A DNA stretch of 63,614 nucleotides, counting the filler, from Choristocarpus tenellus KU-1152 (Eukaryota > Protista > Phaeophyceae): assembly GCA_964200185.2 (NCBI GenBank). It is 10 parts of 10 records of this genome, joined end to end, with 100 filler letters (N's around TTAATTAATTAA, not from the genome) between each part and the next. Parts side by side here need not be neighbours in the genome. Positions count along the whole stretch, not along the records: positions 41,862 to 51,706 come from CAXNAD020003336.1; positions 51,807 to 56,298 come from CAXNAD020014315.1; positions 56,399 to 60,290 come from CAXNAD020017315.1; positions 60,391 to 63,614 come from CAXNAD020021425.1; 6 more parts are not named here. One strand, given 5' to 3'. This document shows, piece by piece, positions 51,553 through 60,604 of the stretch. The first letter of the stretch is position 1. Every line of letters begins with the position of its first letter. Both the position numbers and the translations under genes were made by a program. The notes under the pieces are model-generated. The model saw nothing but the letters and a program-made list of their open reading frames with translations. It made no database searches and was not told the DNA's origin.

Positions 51553-51706
51553 GAGTGAAGTTATCTTTGAGGGTAGAGCCACGTCCATTTGGGGGCCAAA
51601 ATCCAATGTTGCGATTTGATGTAATTTTGGTTATTGCGTTTGTTAGTAAGTGTCAATATCCGAGTCAAAGTATCTTAGAGGGTAGAGCCACGTCCATTTG
51701 GGGACC
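51553..51706 (+). mobile_element. Two 260-bp MITE 5' ends (51553 and 51662), the second interrupting the first; cut off at the contig end
   Basis: GAGTGAAGTTATCTTTGAGGGTAGAGCC... runs 109 bp, then a new terminus GAGTCAAAGTATCTTAGAGGGTAGAGCC begins at 51662. Confidence 0.8.
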
Positions 51707-52219
51707 NNNNNNNNNNNNNNNNNNNNNNNNNNNNNNNNNNNNNNNNNNNNTTAATTAATTAANNNNNNNNNNNNNNNNNNNNNNNNNNNNNNNNNNNNNN
51801 NNNNNNATCAACTACAATCAGAACACCTTAGTACAGAACAGTCGCTCTGCGTTCCACACAAATAGTATAGTATAGTATACGTCACTTGAGTTGCATCATA
51901 TTTTGTTTCAATTTTGTTCTCTTGTTCTCTTATTTGTTTTTCTTTCACTATTTCTTCTTATCAGCAGAAGATGACAGTTAGTTGTACGTTGATGGTTGAT
52001 TATTATTTCTTTCCTGACTGCCATTTATCCCTCAAATTGCACCAAGGTCACTTTGCAAACTATGTACCAAACATACACATGGATGTAATATAATCAGAGT
52101 TAAAACCATCAGCGGAAACCCTTGCCAGTCAAGGTAACAAGCCTCTCCACAGAGGATTACTTCTTTCGTTGAGTATCTTATGAGGTATCTACTGCGGCAT
52201 TTCCTTTGTGGCAGATGAT

Positions 52220-52545
52220 AGGAAATGACTCCTTGAAGCTATCGAAATCATGACTCAGAGCATATCTGGAACAGGAAGATATTCTACACAGGGAACAATG
52301 TTGTTTCAAAACTCAATTCTCTGCAGTGGACATTATGTACACTCTGTGTGTCCTGCAGAAGGTTAGGAGGGCAAAAAATGCACCCTTGTTCATATGCTTT
52401 GATGATCTCCAGAAGGCGTGGGACTCTGTTGACTGTGATCTTTTGTGGACTGCACTTGCCATATTTGGAATGCCTGCCGTGATGATTTCAGTCATTCATC
52501 AGTATCGTGATGGAATGAGGGGCATGTGTCTACATGGGTGATGGG
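52220..52545 (+). mobile_element. Non-LTR retrotransposon (RTE-like LINE) reverse transcriptase fragment
   Basis: ...LEQEDILHREQCCF...VDIMYTLCVLQKVRRAKNAPLFICFDDLQKAWDSVDCDLLWTALAIFGMPAVMISVIHQYRDGMR, matching the EQCGFR / F+DL.KA+DSV / FG+P...I...HDGM LINE RT motifs. Confidence 0.85.
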
Positions 52546-52568
52546 GATTGCACCATCGATGGGGCATG

Positions 52569-54521
52569 TGTTCGTAGATAGCGCTACTGACAGACATAGA
52601 CACCACCGGTGGATTAGATAATAGGATGGAGAGCCAGTGACAGATATATTACATGTACTGACTCCGAGTGTCCATTGATATTTGTGTCTTGTTCAAGATA
52701 TACTTGCTATACCTAAGACAAGTAAATAAGTGATTCATAGTAAATTAGTGTGGACGATTACAAACTCCACAGTATAGAAATAATAATGTAGTCTAGGCTA
52801 GTTTCACCTACATACTCACTCAGCTCAACGGAATCAAGACCACCACCCATAAAGTTAACTTTGCGTATCTACATCAAACTATTCATCATCCTTCATTAAA
52901 GCACCAAAGCCGCTGGTCCAGAGTGGAACATTTCAGCACGCTACGTAGCGGACCGATTATTCCTGGGACGTGCGAAGCGACAAGACTAGTAGTGAGCATT
53001 GTTATCGTGTACAAGATGTCTGTCAGCAACCCCATCAAGGTCGCCAACCTCCCCACGTTCGCTGGGAAGTAGGGAGAGAATTCCCTTGCCTTTTCAGTGA
53101 GAGCTCAAGCTCCCTTTGGAGTCTATGACTGTGACCTCGGTCTTTATGGCACCGACATCATCTGCGGATCAGTCTGGGCAGTGGATGTGGAGTCGAGGTA
53201 GAGACTTCCAGCATGGAGTTCGTCAAGTTCTTCAAGTGGCTAAGGGAACTGCTGGTAGAACAGGTAGAGAAAAGGGTCGCGTATTCTGTTTTATGTATGG
53301 CAAAGATGGCCGCATGAAGTGCGATTACCCCGACCTCGATCGGGCTACAAGACTAGGGGGAGATGACGGCCAAGGTAGAAGATGGATGGGATGCACAGGG
53401 TTAAGTCACGAGGTGAGCGAATATCTCCTGACTGTTCGAGCCAGCGAGAGGACAGGAAGACCTTCTGGAAGGGGGGCTAAGGAGGGATCGCATATGGTAT
53501 CGACCACAACTCCTCCCCCAACAGAATCTCCAGAGGTGGAAGACATCAGTTCGAGACTAGACAGATTGGAAGGCTTCATCAGGAGCTTTTACTTCGGTGA
53601 CAGAGAACATTGCCCCTTTGCGACTATCTTCCCTTGTGTTTGTTATTCAAAATGTTTTAATTTGGGTTTGTCCCCCATCTGTCGAGTATTTCAATGCATA
53701 CCCATAGTAGTTAAGTGACAGCTGTGATGTTGTATGCATACTGACTTCAGCTATTGAAGTCAGGGAGAGGCTTTCCTCGTTTGTGTGTATGGTATTTCAG
53801 TGATAATGTTTCCACTGGAGACTACAATAGGAATGTAGGTATGAGGTAGGATGTGTGTTCCAGTGACCTGCGGTAGTGGTGTACTGAGGAGGTTTTGTTG
53901 ATTGTAGGAGATGCTATACGCATTGCTAATGACCTGACCATTTCATGGATTGTGGGAGATGCAACATGGCATTGCTAAGGACCTGCAGATTCCAGTGGAA
54001 ACATTCTTGGATACTTTCTCCTGTAGGTCCTTAGCAATGCCATGTTGCGTTTCAAACAATCCATGAAATGACCGGATCATTAGCAATGCATATAGCTTCT
54101 CCAATTTTCAGAGAAACAGATTCTCAGGGTGTAGAGTGTCTGCGCAGCAAGGGAGAGTGTTCGTAGACAGTGCTGCTGATAGACATACATACCACCGGTG
54201 GATTAGATAATAGGATGGAGAGTCAGTGACAGATATATTACATGTACTGACTCATAGTGTTGATTGATTTTTGAAACATGTTCAAGATACTTTCTATACT
54301 TCAGACAAGTAAATAAGTGATTCACAGTAAATTAGTGTGGACGATTACAAATCCCACACTATAGAAATAATAATGGTAGTCTAGGCTGGTTTCACCCACG
54401 CAATCAGTGGAATTGAGACCACAACCCCCTTGTAATATTAACTTTGCATACCTACATCAATTTATTCATTGTCTTTCATCAAAGCACCAAAGCCATGGGT
54501 CCAGTGGGGAATAATTCAACA
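52569..54521 (+). mobile_element. Non-autonomous, internally deleted LTR retrotransposon (Copia-like gag remnant); LTRs 52569-52938 and 54158-54521
   Basis: Two ~365-bp diverged direct repeats, each TGTTCGTAG...CA. Flanks are GCATG / GTATG (5-bp TSD, one mismatch), and the purine tract AAGGGAGAG precedes the 3' LTR. The interior has a degenerate gag start (MSVSNPIKVANLPTFAGK*GEN...) and a decayed zinc knuckle (CFMYGKDGRMKCDYP), but no pol. Confidence 0.85.
53907..54102. repeat. Long imperfect inverted repeat (arms 53907-53988 and 54021-54102)
   Basis: GCATTGCTAATGA...CATTTCATGGATTGT...GCAACATGGCATTGCTAAGGACCT pairs with AGGTCCTTAGCAATGCCATGTTGC...ACAATCCATGAAATG...TCATTAGCAATGC. Confidence 0.92.
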
Positions 54522-54599
54522 GTATGCCCTATCCTGAGAATGTAGGCATTGCCTCCAAGACCCAGGTGGGCCTGCCCAGTATGATGGCAGAGTCTGTCA

Positions 54600-56230
54600 A
54601 GATGGAGACAACATTTGGCCTGATCGTGTCAGAGCTCGTGTATTTGGCACCATTGAAGAATAAGAACAAAATGACTTCACTATTGACACAGCTAGTGATG
54701 TACCATGTATTTCAGAAATATTTATTCGCAATCACCCTCAACTGAAACGTTTTGATGTGCATCCTGTCCCACCTGGTGCAATAAATCTATGTACAGCAAA
54801 TGGTTCACCATTGCATATCCGTGGATTTGTTCGTTTTGCACTTACACTTGGTGACACCACTTACCAGTTGGAACTTCAGTGATTCCCCAACTTGGTCCTG
54901 ATAAAATTCTGCTTGATAATAGTGTTATGCAGGCCTTCAGTGCAATCCTTGATTGGCAAGAACGTCTTTCATTTCACAACAGCTCGTGTACCATTTCAGC
55001 AAGACATCACATGACAAGGAGCCCCACTCAAATACGTGATACAAGTACCACTCCTTCGTGTTCTGTGGTGAATGTGCAACATGATTTTGACCCTGTACCT
55101 GTTCGTGTACATATTATACTGGTCATGAAATCATCGTACGTTGCACAACTGATACTAGTCTGTCGTTGGATACTGCCGTGGTAGTGGAACCAGTCATACA
55201 CTCCATGCCTGCTGTAGATCAAACCACTGAACCTACATACCCATGGAATCGTATTGTTGCTGCTCGCACCCTCAGTACAGGGTCAGCAAGTAATAGATCA
55301 GTATTGGTTCAAATGGCAAATCCAACTACACCGAAAGTACGTATCAGGAAGCATCTTGTGATAGGTCACTTAATCCCAATCTCAGATCAGATACCAATCA
55401 CTGCTAGTGCTCTAGATACTGATTCTGCTCCATTCAGTAAAGCTAGAGAGGAGTTACGTCAAGCCCTCACCAGGTCAAACGCATTCAAAGATACCACGTT
55501 CAATCAGTCACAAGTGTCCCAGCTTCTAGACCTCTGTGCTCGTTATAGATCGGTATTTTCATTGAATGCAGCAGAACTAGGCAGATGTACCTAGCTGAAG
55601 CAGAAATTCCTATAGAGCCTGGTACCAAACCTGTTGACAGGAACCCTTACAGAGCAAATCCCCATACTCAACAAGTAATTCACTCGTGTGTTAATACTAT
55701 GGAAGAGCAAGGCATTATTGAAAAACGTGCCAGCCCTTGGGGTAGTCCTGTTACTATTGTGGTCAAATCTGATGACTCCCCACGATTCTGTGTGGACTAT
55801 AGGTCAACTGTTAACAAACACCTTGTTCGACAGTCTTGGCCTATGCCTGATATAGAGTCTCATATTGATACTGTTGGCGGTGCCAAATTTATAACCGTTT
55901 GTGATGTTCAGAGTGCATATTGGCAGATTCCTGTTGCTGAGGATGACAATGATAAAACCGCTTTTGTCACGTCCAGAGGAAAATACGTTTTTAAGAGGAT
56001 GCCCTTTGGGATATCAAATGCCCCTTGGCAATTTCAAATAATCATGTCCTTAGCCTTTGCAAACTTTGGTCCATTGAGTGGGTTGTTAGTTTACATGGAT
56101 GATCTGATTGCTTGTTCTCCAACATGGGAAGGACATATACACTTATTAGAACAGCAATTCAAAGCTTTACAAACAGCAGGTTTAACCTTGAAACCGTCAA
56201 AGATCCAGTTTGGAACCAAAGAAGTACGTT
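54600..56230 (+). mobile_element. Ty3/Gypsy LTR retrotransposon pol (protease + RT), frameshifted
   Basis: Protease-like IDTASDVPCIS...TANGSPL near 54680-54820. RT motifs SPWGSPVTIV, RFCVDYR, SAYWQI, KTAFVT...YVFKRMPFGISNAP and YMDD lie in ORF 55585-. The segments are in different frames. Confidence 0.93.
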
Positions 56231-56398
56231 TGTTACAGGCGAATAGAGCGAGTATTTCTTCTTATATTTCAACGAAGTGCAAACGTTTGTTACACGCGNN
56301 NNNNNNNNNNNNNNNNNNNNNNNNNNNNNNNNNNNNNNNNNNTTAATTAATTAANNNNNNNNNNNNNNNNNNNNNNNNNNNNNNNNNNNNNNNNNNNN

Positions 56399-56447
56399 GG
56401 ACACCCTGATGTAGACCCCCCCCTCCCCCCTCCAAATGCTTTGGGTC
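56399..56447 (+). mobile_element. 3' end of the short sister MITE at a contig start
   Basis: GGACACCCTGATGTAGACCCC...CAAATGCTTTGGGTC; the end resembles the subfamily-B MITE terminus. Confidence 0.6.
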
Positions 56448-59400
56448 AGGGTGCACTTAGATGTAAAAGGTATGTCCACTTCTGCCGTGTCAGGCTTGTA
56501 GGGACAATAAGGACTAAAGGATAACTGGTCATGCAATCTATATGAACTCCCCATTGCAGCCACACACACACACCAATATGGTCCTCCTTGACACTGTGGA
56601 GACCCGCCAGGGGATCAGATTCGATTATGGTCAAATATCATACCGAAATGTTAGGGATGAATGCTACGTTTTCCAAGGTGCGAATCATGTGATGGTAAAG
56701 AATTCCTTTAAAAGACCACTGACAGCGTATTTGAATCTGCTCCTGCCCATACCACCAGAATCCCGAAAAAACCTTTGAAAAACTTTAATGTAGAAAAATA
56801 TGCCTTGCGTTTGAAGTACTATTTGTTTTTATCTAAAATCCAATAATAATAACTGTTCTGACATGGAAAATAAACTTGCACTTGACCTATACAAAGTTAC
56901 ACAACATTTAGATTTTTTTAAATGTTTCTACTTCGGAAATTGAAAGGAAAAGAGCTAGTATATAATGCACACCACGGTGTGTATATTTCAAGGCACATTA
57001 TGTACATATTAACCAACAATTTAACTCTTCTTAACAACTTGAAGTACATACTAGTATCAAATTAATACTGACGTGTTTTAAATATGTATAATACCTCACA
57101 TTGGGTTTCCCTTCAACCCACATAAAAGTAGGTAGCATTAAGACTCCCTCACACTCTGTTGAGAGAGCTTCAGCATGTAATATCCCCTGCACACACGCCT
57201 ATCATACCAGCACACGTGAAAACCATATTGAAAAAGGAGTTTCCACTACCTTGGGTGGGGCTTACACACAAGAATTCGATCCTACCCTACACATCCTACA
57301 TGTATAGGTGCATGATAGAAACAAGTATATCACAATAGTTTTCAAAAACTTAGAAAAAGCCAGGGCGACTACCATATTTGTCATAGTGACTACAAAGTGC
57401 TAAGATGCTCTAGCATGCCCTGGAAAAGACGGATTCCCAAGAGGCCCCATACACTAGATCTCAGCATCCCAACCCTCAAGCGGTGGCTCGTGTGTTCCGT
57501 TGACAAGGACGGAGTTGGGGGGAGGGGGCATATACTGCAAAAATCTTGTTAGTAAAACAGGACGAATCAAATCGCTGTGGTCCAATGTCACAACCGTAAC
57601 TGGCATGCCAAGGTCACTGCGTATGAGGAGGAGATGGTGCTGAGTGGTCCTTTCCACCCAAGTCAAAGTTGATCATTGCTTCCAAACAGGTCATCACAAG
57701 CTGATCATATCGTTGACATGAGGGTCTTGAAATGGTTGCCCAATAGAGCGGTGCTTCGTGAGGGGAAGACTGCCTTGGATCTCAACTGGATTATTTCGTT
57801 GTTCAGAAATAAAGCTCTGGTCTGCTCCATCAAAATCATCCAACTCGTACCAATCTCATGCACTCTGCGTAAGACATTGTAGCTCTGTAGCACCGCATTT
57901 GTTTCGTAGCACCCCAGAGTGATCTATATCACCCTGCAGAGCTATGAATGGATCTCTCATGGTGCTGAGACTAGATAGGAGGGGTGAATTCGCAACTCAA
58001 GTGCATAGAGCCCCTTTGGATTCCAATAATAAAATAAGGTTAAGATGAAGTATAGGGAATGTGCTCTGGAATACACGCATCCCTACTATTTATAAAAACT
58101 TTAAAAAAAAACTGTTGATAGTCCCTTTCGTCCTCACAACTGTACAACAACTCACCAACGCTCAGCTACTTAGAAGGGACTCCGAGCATATATTTCAAGG
58201 TAGGTCCGACAATCTGACAAGGTACTTCCACACACACGAGAAAGCACGGGGGGAGGACATCTCAAACCTGACTGATGGTGTATACAAAGAGCCCGTAGGT
58301 GATGGAACGTTCTAGGCCCAGTCTCGGGATAAAAATCTGACCACAATGCAGTTGGAGGGACATTGAGAAAAATAGGTCAGGCAAGGTTAAAATCAAACTA
58401 CAGCATTATTCACTTTGAATATTTCAAACACAAGACCTAGTCGCAATGAAAGGGAGATGCCGCCCTAAATCATACAACATCCGACACTTGACGCCAAACA
58501 AACACACAAGCAGGCATATACAATAAAACCTCCAGAACCTTCTAGGAAGTCGCGATACTACCAACAATCAGAAAAAAATAATATCACTCAAATAGGAGTG
58601 TAATAAATATTGGAGATGAATACAAGGTATCGTCAAGATTGGAGTTTGAATATTTCAGTAGTGCGATTGCAGCGAGGGGAAGGGTTAACGGGTTATGGTT
58701 GTATGGCAGTGAAACATCACAAGATGCGAAGAAGCACATGTGTCAATAACCAAGTGTTTATTCTGAGGGTTAGGGTTGACTAGGTTATACCGCTGATGTC
58801 ATACTACAGTAGAGTATGATGTATGCCATATTAGCATACAAGATGGGTCTCTTGTACCCACCTAATTCACTCTCTTCTTGAGGACACTTGGATCACTGAG
58901 GCTGCTAGCAAATATAAGCTTCTATTAACATTGTTAAGTTGGTTTTAACCCAATCCAGGTCAAGTCAGTTTACTCTGACAGGTACCAGCCAACAAAGCAC
59001 CTGTCTGCATCCAGTCAGGTCCAACAACTTAGCACCAACGTTGCTGAGAGGATACTGGACTAGTTCCCACATCTTCAGTTGTTGTGGTGGGTACAAGAGG
59101 TACCTAGTACCTAGTACATACTAATAGTACATGGTACAACGGTCTTGGTACTTTAGAGTTCATAGTCCATGATTCATAGTCCACAGCACAGAGTACACAG
59201 TACAACCACCAGCTTGAATTGTAGACAATAAAATAAAATAAAAGAGGTTCAAGGTGCAGTGGTGTATGCTTTGTGTGTAGGGGGTGAAATAGGGGGGGGC
59301 GGGAGATGCCCTCCTTCCCCCCCTTGCCTCAACTCCAACCTGTCCCTCGCCTACCGCTAAAAATAAGAGAAAATTTGAAGTGGACAAAAAAAAGACAAAA

Positions 59401-59465
59401 ATTAAGACAGTGGTACCATCCTCAGACATCCAGCGACACCCTACCACTGCAAATTTCAGTACAAA

Positions 59466-59513
59466 CCCTAACCCTAACCCTAACCCTAACCCTAACCCTA
59501 ACCCTAACCCTAA
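59466..59513. repeat. Interstitial telomere-type repeat (CCCTAA)8
   Basis: Eight perfect CCCTAA units inside a contig. Confidence 0.97.
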
Positions 59514-59862
59514 AGGTACGAAGGGATAACTATATATTGTACAACCAAACACTTAAACATTTGAGCATCGGATAAGAACGTCAAACAGTACCCAGAGTAC
59601 AAGGCACTGCAACAAGGAGTATGACAGCGATCAACCCCACAATCCACAACAGTCTGTACTTGATTGACGTCGTTAAATACAAATATAACAATAACATCAA
59701 AATCTTGACTATTTTGAAGTACTTAACATTCCACAGTTACAAACACCAGCAGAGAACTAAAAATCCCCCATCTCCCCTCCCCTCCCCTCACCACCACAAC
59801 CCCAACTACATTCATTACCTTTCCCATCCCCCACCCCCCCCTCTCTCCCACAACCAACTAAC

Positions 59863-59949
59863 CTTGGGGAAGATGGCTACGAGTAGACCGAGGAGAGCTA
59901 AGGTAGCTCCGCTTTGCGCCACCCCCCAGTTGAGCTTCTTGTCTGTGTA
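59863..59949 (-). CDS. Single internal exon of a probable MFS (TetA/HIAT1-like) transporter
   Basis: TAG|YTDKKLNWGVAQSGATLALLGLLVAIFPK|GT, 87 bp, phase 0/0. It resembles the YT...(F/L).W....G..L...G++ loop-TM8 segment of DHA1-type MFS proteins. No other exon was identified. Confidence 0.5.
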
Positions 59950-60604
59950 CTATACAATATCAACAAGGCAGAGGCACAAAAAATGTCAAGCAGTTACAAC
60001 AAGTGGAGCAGGTGCGCATCTGAGCGTGTCCACGTTCTGCTCGTACTAGGAAGGCGTCAATTTTGGTGATGTGCTGGTGGTCGTGGTGGTGGAAGGTGTG
60101 GGTTTTTGAGCTAGGTGGTTCCCTTTGAACTAGTACACAACAGGGAGGGGAAGGGCAAAGAGACAAGAAAAAAAAAAAAAAAAGATCTCTGAGCAAATAA
60201 TTTGACAACTGGATTTTTCCCCTCCTTTACCAGAGAGACCGCATGAATCAATGTATCAAACATCAGTTGAAGTAGGTACCTGTTCGGGGGNNNNNNNNNN
60301 NNNNNNNNNNNNNNNNNNNNNNNNNNNNNNNNNNTTAATTAATTAANNNNNNNNNNNNNNNNNNNNNNNNNNNNNNNNNNNNNNNNNNNNCGTCTCTTTA
60401 TTTGCCACTGTCCGATTGTGTGTTAATGCATGTACATCACCGACTGTTGTATCTCACCTGTACTACTTCGTGCTGTTTTGCGCGGCCAATTTCGTGGTCC
60501 TTCGTAACCGTGGATCCCCGCGTTGCGTTGTTGCGCCCAATTAATGATCTGGAAAAATACTATCCTATCTGTTTAACGCTCTCACTCGATGACACGCGCG
60601 ACAG

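Noticed and set aside
57454-57935. Moderately GC-rich ORF-like stretch on the minus strand
   Set aside because: Stops occur in every frame after the candidate acceptor, and it shows no MFS-like or other recognisable motif.
5014-60390. Nine recurring TTAATTAATTAA motifs as a biological repeat, and any gene cluster spanning them
   Set aside because: Always centred in exactly 44+44 Ns and encoding six-frame stops, so it is an assembly linker. Genes are cut off at these joins, so neighbourhood across them is not evidence of a system.
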